A DNA stretch of 64,000 nucleotides from Isurus oxyrinchus (GCA_026770705.1 JANJGN010000189.1:806001-870000), one strand, 5' to 3'. Numbered from the stretch's first letter, positions 25,102 through 37,604 are shown. Notes: generated from the letters alone by a model not told the origin. Translations and numbers: made by a program.

Positions 25102-25183
25102 CTGGTGCTTCACAGAGAGTGACCTGAGGGTCAATGCAATGTAATTGGTCCCTGAACCTCTCTCCTCCATCGCTGTCTTTCTC
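25102..25183 (-). CDS. Gene B cytoplasmic exon (RKTAMEERGSGTNYIALTLRSLSVKHQ)
   Basis: tgttattgcAG / CAG|GTACAG, 82 nt, phase 2-0, paralogous to 60152-60233. Confidence 0.8.
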
Positions 25184-26061
25184 CTGCAATAACACAATAT
25201 CACACTGTGGTTATCATATAGCAAAGAGTCAGTGCAGCACAGACACAGAGCCCACTGTAACCTTACACCAATGACTGGACTGTCTCTTGTTCCAATAAGG
25301 GGTATCAGCGTGACATCACTATAATGGAAGTGTGTCATGTGATCCAATCTCAATTTGACATTTGCTTTGAGCAGAACACACACTCACAGCTCTGATGCCT
25401 TCAAGCTTTCTCCGTATGTATAACTGTTCTCGTGCCGAGTCTTGATAAACATATCATTAACATTCTCACCAAATCCCCTATGAGTGATTGGTGTTTTCTG
25501 TCTTATACAGTAAATAAGCCTAAGGTATAATATCATTATAATGACACGCCATATCTTTGACCCCCCCTCCACCCCTGCTCTTCCCCCCATAGCCCTTCAA
25601 ATGTTCCCGCTTCAAGTATTTATCCAATTCCCCTTTTGAAAGATCCTATTGAATCTGCTTCCAGCGCCCTTTCAGGCAGCACCTTCCAGATCACAGCAAC
25701 TGATTATTATTCATCTGGATAACGGGCAATGAAAAACACTCTCTGGATCATAACGGATAAAGAGACCAGTTACGGAGAGGCATCTGGCGCTTAACACAAG
25801 GGAAACAATCACCGACTTCAGGAAAGAACATTGAAGCAAATATTTATCCCGGAGTAATCGTGCAGAGTGAGGAATCTCTGAGTCTCGTGATCGTTTACCT
25901 GGATACAGGACAATGAAAGGTTCTCTCCGGATCAGAGTGGACACAGGGATCACTTACAGAGAGGGACCTGGTGCTGATCCCAAGGGAAACAATCACCGAC
26001 TTAAGGAAAGAACATTGAAGCAAATGTTTATATTAAAATCAAGTTAAATCTTCAGACTTAC

Positions 26062-26158
26062 TTTCTCACACAGATGAAGATGAAGATTCCAGCCAGGAAA
26101 ACACTCAACATGATCCCAGCCGTGAACAATCCTACTGTCCATTTACTGGAGTCTCTAC
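26062..26158 (-). CDS. Gene B transmembrane exon (RDSSKWTVGLFTAGIMLSVFLAGIFIFICVRK)
   Basis: tttttacAG / GTAAGT, 97 nt, phase 1-2, hydrophobic span with no charged residue; identical by eye to 59177-59273. Confidence 0.9.
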
Positions 26159-26972
26159 CTGTAAAAACAGCCATTAATTACTGCACTACAAGTTTACAAT
26201 GATGCTCCGATGTATCTCGAGAAGCGATACACTCACTCAGTGTTTAAATACTCATTCTCGGGCAATGCTGACATTTATTGTCCATCCCTAGTTTCCCCTT
26301 GAGAAGGTGGTGGGGGGTCTTCCTCCTGAACCACTGGTTTGTCCCAAACTGGGAGACCAGTTCAGAGGGCAGGTAAGAGTTAACCATGTTGGTGTCTGAG
26401 ACTGGTGTCACATCCACATCGAGACATGCTTCCCTCCCTAAAGGGTATGTAGTCTCTACACATGTAACAACCAACCTCACTGAAATAATCAACTATCAGG
26501 TCATTATCACACGGTGGTTTGCGGGATCTTGCTGTGCACAAATCAGTGCCTGTGTTTCCTACATTACAGCAGTGAGCTCACTTCGATAATGCTGCATTGG
26601 CTGTTGAATGTTTAGTAATTTCTAAGCAATTTATGAATACAAGTGTTGCATTTCAAAGTAATCCATGTAACATTTATATATATTTATCAATTAAAGAATG
26701 AGAAGTTCAGCAATTAAAAGGGTTGTTCAGGACAGTTAGAGAGAGAAAGGTCGTCAAGTACGGAGATTGGAAACGAAGACCTGACAGCCTTGTCCTCACA
26801 ACCATTGAAGGAGAAACTGAGAGCAAAAACAGAAAGGGAGAGGAAAAATTGGATGTGTGGATAACGTGGACTGAGCGAGGATTGAAGAAAACTGGATTAA
26901 AAACAACACGATCCCAATGGCTCCACGGAGACCACGGAGACAACAAACAAACAAATGTATCTCCACACTCAC

Positions 26973-27254
26973 ATTCCACAGTGATGGTTATGAATCCCTC
27001 CACTGCTCCATGTTCATTCTCTGCCACACACTGATAGTCTCCAGTGTCCCTGGATATAACGTGAGGAATCACCAACCACAGCTCATTGTTGGAACTTGTT
27101 CTGTTCATTGGGACATTAAGATGTCGCCACGTCAGGTTAGAAGCTGGGAAGCTCTCGACAGAGCAGATTATCATTGTAGAATTCCCCTCAATTATATTGA
27201 TCGATGAAGCGTTAATCATATCAAGAGAAGTAAATGAGAGATTCTGTGGAGCAT
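26973..27254 (-). CDS. Gene B Ig (C2/I-set) exon, repeat 3
   Basis: 282 nt, phase 1-1, AG/GT; C..W..DTGDYQC Ig motif. Confidence 0.9.
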
Positions 27255-27946
27255 CTAAGAACAAATCAAGTGTTTAAAAGTGAGCAAGCACAGTTTACAG
27301 CAAGACTCCATGCATCATCTCTCTGTATCTGATGTCTGTATGCATAGCCAGGTCCCTCCACTCCATATAACTTCCATTGTCAAATTTATAATGGGCACTG
27401 CCTATGTAAACAGTCAAACTGCAGTTACATTCTCCCAACAGTAGAGGTGCTGTCCACCTAGAATGAAAGAAACTTTCACATCCTCAGGATATACCCAAGG
27501 GCTTGACAGGCAATGATTGTATTTGATTGATGGAGCACTGAGGGGTAAATCTACAATTCTCTGTTCAGGAGGTTGCTCATCCAATTCAGGGTCTTGTTGA
27601 TCTGGAGTTTACCTTCCTTCAACACAGAATCGGAGCTGATACCGAGACTCCAGTGCAGCACTGAGAGAGGACAGGGAACTCACACATGTGTTTGTGTTTG
27701 TGTGTTTTAGTGTGTTTGTGTTTCTGCACAAGAGAGTATGTTTATGTGTGCGTGTGGATATGTGTTTGTGCATGTGTGCGTGTGCCTGTTTGTATACATC
27801 TGTGCATGAGTGAGTGTGTGCATGTGTATGTCTATGTGTGTGCACATGTGAGTGTGTGTGTGAGTTGAGTGTGTGTGTGTTTCTGTGTATGTGTTTCAAC
27901 ATGCATCACTGTGTGTGTAAGTGTGCGTGTATGTGTCTATACATGA

Positions 27947-27991
<45 letters not shown>

Positions 27992-28017
27992 TGATGTTGA
28001 AGTTTGCAGTAACTCAC

Positions 28018-28299
28018 GTTCCACAGTGATGGTTATGAACCCCTCCACTGCTCCATGTTCATTCTCTGCCACACACTGATAGTCTCCAGTGTCCCTGGAT
28101 GTAACGTGAGGAATCACCAACCACAGCTCATTGCTGGAACTTGTTCTGTTCATTGGGACATTAAGATGTCGCCACGTCAGGTTAGAAGCTGGGGAGCTCT
28201 CGACAGAGCAGATTATCACTGCAGAATTCCCCTCAATTATCTTGATCGATGAAGCGTTAATCATATCAAGAGAAGTAATTGATGGGTTCCGTGGTGCAT
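28018..28299 (-). CDS. Gene B Ig (C2/I-set) exon, repeat 2
   Basis: 282 nt, phase 1-1, AG/GTGAGT; near-identical to repeats 1 and 3. Confidence 0.9.
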
Positions 28300-29341
28300 C
28301 TAAATACAAATAAAGGTTTCATTGTGAGCAAACACAGTGCACAGCAACACTCCATGATACATCTCTCTCTATTTGGTGTCTATGTGCATTTCAAGGTTTC
28401 TTTCCTGTTTTAAGTTCCTATGTCAACTTTTATAATGGTCACTGCTGGTGTTTTTCTTTTTGTACATTCATGGGAAGTGGATGTATCTATCTAGAGCAGC
28501 ATTTATTACCCATCCCTAATTGCCTTTGAGGAGGTGGTGGTGAGTTTTTCACCCCCACAGAATTCCCAGCCTCTGACCGGCTCCTATAGCCACAGTTTTA
28601 TTGGCCGGTCCAGTTAGTTGTTTGGTTAACATCCCCCAGGATGTTGATCGTGGGGGATTCAGTGATAGTAAACTCACTGAACATCAAGGGGAGATGGTTA
28701 GATTCTCTCTTGTTGGACATGATCACTGCCTGGTGCTTGTGATGCATTAATTGTCATTTCTCAGCCCAAGCTGAGTGTTGTTCAGCTCTTGCTGCGTGTG
28801 TATATGTAAACTGTCACGCTGTAATTACAGCCTTCCACCAGAGGAGACACTGTCAGGCTAGAAGAAAAGAAAATGTCTTTCACATCATCAGGATGTTCAC
28901 AGGGATTTGACAGTGGAGGAATTGCTTTAGAATAATGGGGTATTGAGTGATAAACCTACAATTCTCTGTGCAGGGGGCTGCTCGTCCAATACAGGGTCTT
29001 GTTCAGCTGATGTCGTCAGTGTTTCAGAGCAGAATCTGGAGCAACGCTCCAGTGCAGCACAGGGAGAACGGACAACTCACACATGTCTGTGTGTGTGTGA
29101 GCAAGCACACGTGTGATTCTGTGTATGTTTCCTTCTGTGTGTGTGCATGCAGGTGTACACACCTGTGCACATGTGGGATTGCANNNNNNNNNNNNNNNNN
29201 NNNNNNNNNNNNNNNNNNNNNNNNNNNNNNNNNNNNNNNNNNNNNNNNNNNNNNNNNNNNNNNNNNNNNNNNNNNNNNNNNNNNNNNNNNNNNNNNNNNN
29301 NNNNNNNNNNNNNNNNNNNNNNNNNNNNNNNNNNNNNNNAC

Positions 29342-29623
29342 ATTCCACAGTGATGGTTATGAATCCCTCCACTGCTCCATGTTCATTCTCTGCCACACAC
29401 TGATAGTCTCCAGTGTCCCTGGATGTAACGTGAGGAATCACCAACCACAGCTCATTGTTGGAACTTGTTCTGTTCATTGGGACATTAAGATGTCGCCACG
29501 TCAGGTTAGAAGCTGGGAAGCTCTCGACAGAGCAGATTATCACTGCAGAATTCCCCTCAATTATATTGATCGATGAAGCGTTAATCATATCAAGAGAAGT
29601 AATTGAGAGATTCTGTGGTGCAT
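29342..29623 (-). CDS. Gene B Ig (C2/I-set) exon, repeat 1
   Basis: 282 nt, phase 1-1; donor GT visible just before an N run. Confidence 0.88.
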
Positions 29624-29754
29624 CTAAAAACAAATAAACATCAATTAAGTTACACTGACTGTGAAGCACTTTGAAAGACACTGACAATGTGAAAGGTGTG
29701 ATATCAATATAGGTTCTTTCACCACAAAGCCCATAATCCAGCCAGACACCTCAG

Positions 29755-30450
29755 TTCAGTACTGAGGGTGTGCTGCACTGTGGGAGGGTCAGTACTGAGG
29801 GAGTGCTGCACTGTCAGAGAGTCAGTACTGAGGGAGCACTGCACCATCAGAGATTCAGTACTGAGGGAGTGCTGAACTGTCAGAGGGTCAGTACTGAGGG
29901 AGTGCTGTACTGTCGGTGGGTAAGTACTGAGGGAGTGCTGCACTGTCAGAGAGTCAGTAAGGAGGGAGTGCTGCACTGTCAGAGGTTCAGTACATAGGGA
30001 CTGCTGCACTGTCTGATGGTCAGTACAGAGGGGTTGTTGCACTGTCGGAGGGTCAGAAATGAGGATGTGCTGCACTCTCAGAAGGTCAGTACTGAGGGGG
30101 TGCTGCACTGTCGAAGAGTCATTACTGAGGGGGTGCTGCACTGTGGGAGGGTCAGTACTGAGGGAGCACTGCACTGTTGAAGGGTCAGTACTGAGTGAGT
30201 GCTGCACTGTCGAAGGGTCAGTACTGAGGGAGTGCTGCACTGTTAGAGGGTCAGTACAGAGGGAGTGCTGCACTGTCAGAGGGTCAGTACTGAGGGAGCA
30301 CTGCACTGTTGAAGGGTCAGTACTGAGGGAGTGCAGCACTGTCAAAGGGTCAGTACTGAGGGAGTGCTGCACTGTCAGAGGATCAGTACTGAGGGAGTGC
30401 TGCAGTGTTGGAGAGTCAGTATTCAAGGACTGCTGCAGTGTCAGAGGCGG
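29755..30450. repeat. 33-bp minisatellite
   Basis: About 20 degenerate copies. Confidence 0.9.
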
Positions 30451-30566
30451 ATTTGTATCAGTTAAAGACTATTGATTTGTTGCTAAACACAATGCAGTTG
30501 TGGGATCTTGCAGTGTACTATGAAGAGCATTCTAGCTAATGTAGATGGAAGGGTGTCCGTTCTTAC

Positions 30567-30863
30567 CTTGCACAGTTAGTATGAGGGTCTGATCCGATGA
30601 AACAGATGGATATCTCACTCTGCAGCTGAGAGTGTGTCTGTGGTGTTGGAGTGATGGGATCAGGGTCAGAACAGAAGTATAGGTCAGAGTGACACCATGC
30701 TGAGTTACAGTGTTTGAGACTGATCCAGGTACGTCAGTGGGAGTGTCCCAGGTTAAGACAGGTGCTGCTGTTCCATTGCACGTTGTGTTGAAGGTGCAGC
30801 TTACATCCACACGCTTTCCTGCAATAATTTCAGCAGGGAATATAGTGGGTTTATCTGTGAAAT
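30567..30863 (-). CDS. Gene B Siglec-type C2-set exon
   Basis: 297 nt, phase 1-1; SCTFNTTCNG (extra BC-loop Cys), LTW, SVLTLIPS..HTLSCRV, typical of the domain following a Siglec V-set. Confidence 0.92.
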
Positions 30864-31234
30864 CTAACAGACAGGGAATGGATCCTTTTAGAGAAATATA
30901 ATGTGAAGCATCAGTTCAAATAGAAACCACAGTCCCATAACAGAAAGCACTTTTACAAGGATGATATCAGAACTGAGATGTTTTAACGATCCTGATAGAC
31001 TGTTAGACACGATTCGAGAGATCGATGGGAGTGGAATACATTTAATCATTGATATTAAAGTGAGTTTTAAATGTTGCTTTAGGACTGAACTGGAAGCTAT
31101 CAGCAGGTTATTGAGAATCAGACAGTGTGTTATAATAAGCTGTGTTTTGTGTTAATATGTAAACGTCACAGTTTGTGTTATTTCCCATTGAGTGTTGAAT
31201 GTGAATTGTTGAGTAATTATAACACAGCACTTAC

Positions 31235-31603
31235 CAGAAACGTGAAGCCGGGTTACAGGGTAATAGTTATGGCTCGGACCATTGTCAAATTCTATTCTGA
31301 AAAAATAAGGTCCTGCATCTTCCCGTCTGATGTTGTTTATAATCAGGGAACAGTCGCCATCTTTCAGGTCTCCAGACAGCCGGGTCCGATGGTGGAACCG
31401 TGGTAACTCGTGACTATGATCCTTGGAGTGAAAGGCAATGGGAGCCCAGGGAATCTGTTTCTCATTATTAAACCAGACTCCACCTCGCGGTTGGTTTTCC
31501 AGACACAATGGATAACTGTAATGACATGGAATCTGTACACACGAACCTTCCTGCGCTGTCACCTCTCGTGGAGTGTCACCTTTCCACTCTTGTGAGGGTT
31601 CAG
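31235..31603 (-). CDS. Gene B V-set exon V2 (AEPSQEW..GSCVQIPCHYSYPLC..DCSL..YFFRIE)
   Basis: 369 nt, phase 1-1, tttctctccccAG / GTAAGT; Siglec Cys pattern and F-strand Arg. Confidence 0.93.
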
Positions 31604-31659
31604 CTGGGGAGAGAAATCTCAATATTTATCTCTGGATGGTTTGTGGATCCACTGAACCC

Positions 31660-32530
31660 GATATTTACAGATGAGGCTGAATTGGGGGGATGGTCAATAC
31701 TGAGGAGGACTGCAACAAATTGCAGGATGATATACATTCTGATGAAGAATCATACAGACTCGAAACGTTAACTCTGTCTTCCTCTCCACAGATACTTCAG
31801 ACCTGCTGAGTTTTTCCTGCAATTTTTGTTTTAGTTACAGATTTCCAACAGCTGCAGAATTTTGCTTTTACATTACAGAAAGATATTAATAAACTTGCAG
31901 AATGGGCAGGTCATTGACAAATGAGTTTCTACGTTAATAAATGTGAGGCATTACATTTTGTTCAGGAAAATGAGGAGCTTGTATCTTACCTCGAAAATAA
32001 GAATCTAATTGGGGTAGAGGAACAACGTGATCTGGGCCGGAAATACAGGAATCAGTAAATGTGGGGACACAGGTTAACAAGGGAATTAAACAATCAAACT
32101 AAACACTCAAGATTATTTCTCCAGGGATTGAATTGAAAAGTAGAGAAGTGATGTGAAACTTGTCCTGAACCTTGGTCTGACTGCACCTGGAGTCACGTGT
32201 GCAGTTCTGGTCCCCATATTGTAAAAAGGATATAGAGACACTGGAGAGGGTGGTAAAAAGCTTCACAAGGATGATCTCAGCAATGTGAGGCTTTACCTAT
32301 CAGGAGAGGATGTACAGGCTGGGTCTCTGTTCTCTTGAACAGAGAAGGTTGAAGGGGTGACCTCATTTGACCTTTGAAGTAATGAAAGGTTTTGATCGAG
32401 TAGACATGGAGAGAGTGTTTCCACTCCTCACAATGAACAAAACCAGAGGCTGACAATATAACATCCTCACTAATAAATCCAATGGGGAATTCAGAAGAAA
32501 ATTATTTTCCCAGAGACTGGGGAGAATGTG
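31660..32530 (+). mobile_element. CR1-type LINE fragment with a nested short Penelope-like terminal repeat (~31737-31870)
   Basis: Degenerate ORF2 3' region (gtgtgcagttctggtcccc..ctgggtctctgttctcttgaacagagaagg); insert ctgatgaagaatc..gactcgaaacgttaactctg. Confidence 0.7.
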
Positions 32531-33260
32531 TACTTAAAGAATCACTTCATTGGCTGTGAATCAGTTTAGGATCGTCCTGAGGTGGTGAAAGGCGCTATGG
32601 AAATGTGAGACTTGCTTTTGTATTTTGAAAGCAGGTTTCCAAGATTGAGATGGGAACTGAGAGGTAACAACAATCAGCAGCAACTTTCCTATTTTCAAAC
32701 TTGGTGGGGAATGTGTCACTGAGCTGAATACACTTTCACTCCCAGACCCTTGAATTGCCAACACTGGGGTGTGGGTGATGGAGCAGCCCACAGCTCATGG
32801 AACCCTGGCTCATCATTCTCTCAGAGATCTGGGTCACTGATCCCATTGCTCTCTGTGGGAGCTTCCTGTGAACAAACTCACTGCCACGTTAGACAGTGAC
32901 TATACTTCAAGAATTTCTTCATTGTCTGTGAAGTGATTTGGTACGTGGTGAAAGGTGCTATAGAAATGCAAGTCTTTACTTTGTCGATTTGCCAGACTTT
33001 TAAATGGGGATTAGAGAGTTCTATGGGAGTGGATAACCTGATAACATTGATGGACACAGTCAACACATTTAACCATTGATATTAAAGTGAGTATTAGACG
33101 TTGCTTTAGGACTGAATTGGAAGCTATCACCAGGTTATTGAGATCAGACAGTGTGTTATAATAAGCTGTGTTTTGTGTTAATATGTAAACGTCACAGTTT
33201 GTGTTATTTCCTACTGAGTGTTGAATGTGAATTGTTGAGTAATTATAACACAGCACTTAC

Positions 33261-33629
33261 CAGAAATGTGAAGCTGGGTTACAGGGTAATAGTTATAGCG
33301 CGGACCATTGTCAAATTCTATTCTGAAAAAATAAGGTCCTGCATCTTCCCGTCTGATGTTTTTTATAATCAGGGAACAGTCGTCATCTTTCAGGTCTCCA
33401 GACAGCCGGGTCCGATGGTGGAACCGTGGTAACTCGTGACTGTGATCCTTGGAGTGAAAGGCAATGGGAGCCCAGGGAATCTGTTTCTCATTATTAAACC
33501 AGACTCCACCTCGTGGTTGGCTTTCCAAATGTGCTGGATAACTGTAATGACATGGAATCTGTACACACGAACCTTCCTGCGCTGTCACCTCTCGTGGAGT
33601 GTCACCTTTCCACTCTTGTGACAGTCCAA
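33261..33629 (-). CDS. Gene B V-set exon V1 (VGLSQEW..GSCVQIPCHYSYPAHL..YFFRIE)
   Basis: 369 nt, phase 1-1, consensus splice sites; Siglec Cys pattern and F-strand Arg. Confidence 0.93.
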
Positions 33630-36600
33630 CTGGGGAGAGAAATATCAATATTTAACTCTGGATGTTTTTTCGATCCATAATTCTTGATATCCACTCCCTC
33701 CATCACTGGGGCACAGTGGCTGCAGTTTGGACCATCTACAGGACACACAAGTAACTCCCCAAGCTTTCACAATGGATCGATGAGAGTCCTGGACACAGGA
33801 GTGGACAATTTCATTCTACATTGGCTCATGGTCCTCAGGACTCTATTTAGTTTTTTCAAATTATTCATTCATGGGATTTATTACCCATCTCATGTCCATC
33901 AGAGGCATTTAATAGTCAACCACATTGCGGTGGGATTGGAGTGACATGTAGGCCACACTGGGTAAGGGTGGCAGATTTCCTTCCCTGAAGGTGATCAGTG
34001 AACCAGTCTTTTTAATCCCATTCATCTGCCATGATGGAATTCACACCCAGGGCCCCAGAGCATCACCCTTGGCCTCTGGAATACTAGCCCAGTGACAATA
34101 CCTCTCTGCTACCGCTTCCCCTTAGTGAAGCCAGTCTTCTACCCAACACAGTGTCTACAAGACGCACTATTTGAGATCCATTCAATGCTGATGTACAGGA
34201 CAGGACATTGGATTAGGAGCCCTCAGAACTCCCCCCATTATCACCGTCATGAATCACTAATTAGCCTAACATTCCTGTCTGCTCTTCAACACAGCTGATT
34301 GAATCAGATTAGCCAATCTGATTGGTGTTCATTCCCTCTTCAACTTTTAAGGAATCACCAATCACTCGGCCTCTAGTTATTCTCCTGCCCACAAGAGGGA
34401 ACATTCTCTGTCTACCCAGTCAACCAAAACATTTCATCTAATCCTAGTGGTGCTTGAGTATATAGTCGGGAATCCAGGGCAATGGAGCCTCAGGAGAAGA
34501 GATGGAAACCCTGTGAGGTGGAACGTCACTGAGGCCATCTGAGTTGAAGCGACTTTTGGAGAGAATTCCAAGGCAAGATCTTCGAAGTTGAAGACTGGAA
34601 TCCCTCATGAGAGAAACAGAGTTTCAGTGAGATTGGTTGACTGACAGTGTTCACTGATGTCCGGGTGGGTTGTTGTGAAATCCATGGGATCTGTCTTGGT
34701 CGCGTTTACAATTTAATGAGTAATGTGGCTGTGAGACCACAGTTTGTCTGTTAATTCACATGAGCTAATGTTAATCCAGAATGTTAGGGTATAAGGTGGA
34801 TATTGTGAATTATTTTATCTTTCTGAGCTGGGGCAGTCAAGTTTATTTTTGTTTGTTTAAAATCCATGGAATCTTGTAGCTTTATTCTCTTCACAAGCAT
34901 CTTAAATCTCAAACCTCGTCTACTTGAAACAAAATATTATTGGTTCCTAACTATAAATTTTCAAAAAAATTGGGTGTCTGTTCCTCCATCAGCAACTCTT
35001 CAGAATCCTGCTGAAGTCACGGATATTTCAGAAGGACAGGGAACAAGAGGTTTCTGGTATCAGCGTTTTGTGTGGGGCCCAGTTCAGTTTGAACAAATAA
35101 ACAACACCATCTTTGAAAGTCATGAACCCACCACAGCGGCACCTCCGACACATGCAGAGCTCAGGCGAGAGGCGCTTTGTTAGTGTGTTTCACAGGGTCT
35201 GCTGGAGTAGGGTCAGTGCTGAGAGGGTCTGCTCAAGGATCATAACAACCTGCACTTGCACCTTCCAAGTAATAAGATTTTGTAAATGTATTCATTCATG
35301 GGATGTGGGCGTCGCTGCCAAGGCCAGCATTTGCTGCCCATCTCTAATGTCCCGTGACATAATCTCTGTAGCAGAGTAGAGACAATCATGATCACTCAGG
35401 ATATTTGACATCTATCCACATGAACAGCTTTACCTTCCTTCTCTCTTTCAGTTATCTTACTCCCTTATTGAAGTTTCTAGCATGGTGAGAACTGGATGGT
35501 TTGCTCAGACATTTCAGAGGAACCACGTTGCTATGAGTCTGGAGTCACATGTAGGCCAGACCAGATATAGACGGCAGATTTCCTTCCCTAAAGGCCATTA
35601 GTGAACCAGATGGGTGTGTATGACAATCGATGATAGTTTCATGGTCTCCATTACTGAGACTAACTCCCATTAGTGTAAACAGAGTGAACAGTTTTCCATT
35701 GATCCCACCTTTCCCGTTCTCTCCGGTATTTTACACACTATTGCTCGATAATTTGATTCTGCCAAGGACCCCTTGGAAAATCATGGACACCAGTTAGACA
35801 ACCGATGGAATAAGTAATCTCGTTGGATCCTCATTGTCTGAGGAATCTCTATGCATTCTCATTGTCTGAGGAATCTCTTTGGATCCTCATTGTCTAAGGA
35901 ATCTCTTTGGATCCTCATTGGCAAAGGGATTATTTCTGATCCAAACCCCGTATTGTTGTATTGTTGATTCCGATGCAGCATTGTAGACTGACTTGTCCCC
36001 AAGCTCAGCACTGACCCTACTCCAGCTGACACTGTGAAACACACTAACAAAGTGCCTCTAGCCTGAGCTCTGCTTTTTTCGGAGGTGCCGCTGTGGTGGG
36101 TTCATGACTTTCAAAGATGGTGTTGTCATTTTTTTTGTTCAAACTGAACTGGGCCCCACATGAAACGCTGTTACCAGAAACCTCTCATTCCCTTTCCTTC
36201 TGAAACATCGATGATTCAGCAGGATTCTGAAGATTTGCTGATAAGGGTCTTAAATTGTCTGATTGTTGATTGATACAACACAGGAGGAGCTCATGTGACC
36301 CATCGTGCATGTGCTGATTCTTTCCCAATTCCTCTCCAACACCTTTCACACAGCCCTGCAAATTCCCCTTCAAGTATTTATCCAGTTCCCCTTCTGAAAG
36401 TTCCTGTTGAATCTGCTTCCACCGCCCTTTCAGGCAGTGAGTCAATGGTCTCTCTCTGAGCTGCAAAGTGCTCAGATTCTGTGAAATTTAAACTCTGCAG
36501 CAGGTCAGAGACAATCATGATAACTCAGAATATTTGACAGTTTTACACACGGACAGCTTTACCTTCCTTCTCTCTTTCAGTTATCTTGCTCCCTTATTGA

Positions 36601-37114
36601 AGTATCTAGCATGGTGAGAATGGACAGGAAGTGTGACACTGAACAGCCTGTCTATTCTAGGAGCTGCTGTGTTGTCTTCATGGGCAATTTTGAATAAAGG
36701 CAGCAAAGGATACAAATTTCAGGCCATTGCTATCGGAGACCTAACATTAGGATAGACTTCACCCCCCAGTTTTTATCCCTGCTTCTCTACTCAACCCATC
36801 ACTCCCCATCGCTCACTGACCAACGTCTGACAGCACCTGGATTTTAAGATTCTGCTCTCGCTGCTACAAACCTGCCTATCCCTGTAAACTCCTCCAGCCC
36901 CTACAACTCTCCAAGACCACTGGTCTCCTCCAATTCTGCTGTCAGACAGGGAGTCAGTGTATATCAGTGAGCACAGGGGTGATGTTTGAATGGGACTTGG
37001 TGTGAGTTTGTACACTGGATCACTGCTGAATCAGTTCCCTATCAGAGCTCAATAAGAATGATCTTTAACAAAGACTATTAACCATAAATCTGTCCGAGCT
37101 GACAATGGTATTAC

Positions 37115-37154
37115 CTTGGAGAAGTGACAGGAGGAAGTAAGATTTCCCGATCAT
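37115..37154 (-). CDS. Gene B leader exon (MIGKSYFLLSLLQ), whole exon 37115-37196
   Basis: Acceptor cctttctctttcAG, ACAATGA start, phase-1 donor CAAG|GTAAT; identical coding part at 46223-46262. Confidence 0.82.
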
Positions 37155-37604
37155 TGTCCACTCCCAGATATTTCCTCAGCTTCTAACTCTGAAGTTCTGA
37201 AAGAGAAAGGAGTTAATGAGACCTCACCTCTTGTCTGAATGCTCTCGAGAGATCAGAACTGCTTTTAGACAATATCTTCACAGACTAATTTGATTCTCTG
37301 TGGGATGATAGGTGCTCTGCAGAGAGTTACAAGGCTTTCAGAAAGAAAAACAATGAAGGACTTGCATTTCTATAGCACCTTTCACCACCTCAGGATGTCC
37401 CAAAGCTCATGTCTCTGCAATTCCCTCATCCCTTGAGCTAGAAAGATGTTCTGTACAACAGACTTGAGCCTCACACCCAGATCTCAATAATCAGTAGAAA
37501 TCTTTCAAAGGCATCAATCATTGGAATCTGTCTTTATAAAGTCACAACATCAACAAAGGACGGTGTTGGTTGTGGAAGTGAATTCCAATCGTTCCGTTAC
37601 TTAC

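Noticed and set aside
26062-26158. Gene B as a classical DAP12/FcRgamma-coupled activating receptor
   Set aside because: The TM segment has no Lys or Arg and is identical to that of gene C
31235-33629. Tandem V exons as RAG-rearranging V segments
   Set aside because: Each V is a complete exon with its own G strand and GT donor; no heptamer/nonamer recombination signal seen at the 3' ends
35823-35920. 28-bp hairpin-containing repeat resembling a CRISPR direct repeat
   Set aside because: Contiguous tandem copies without spacers
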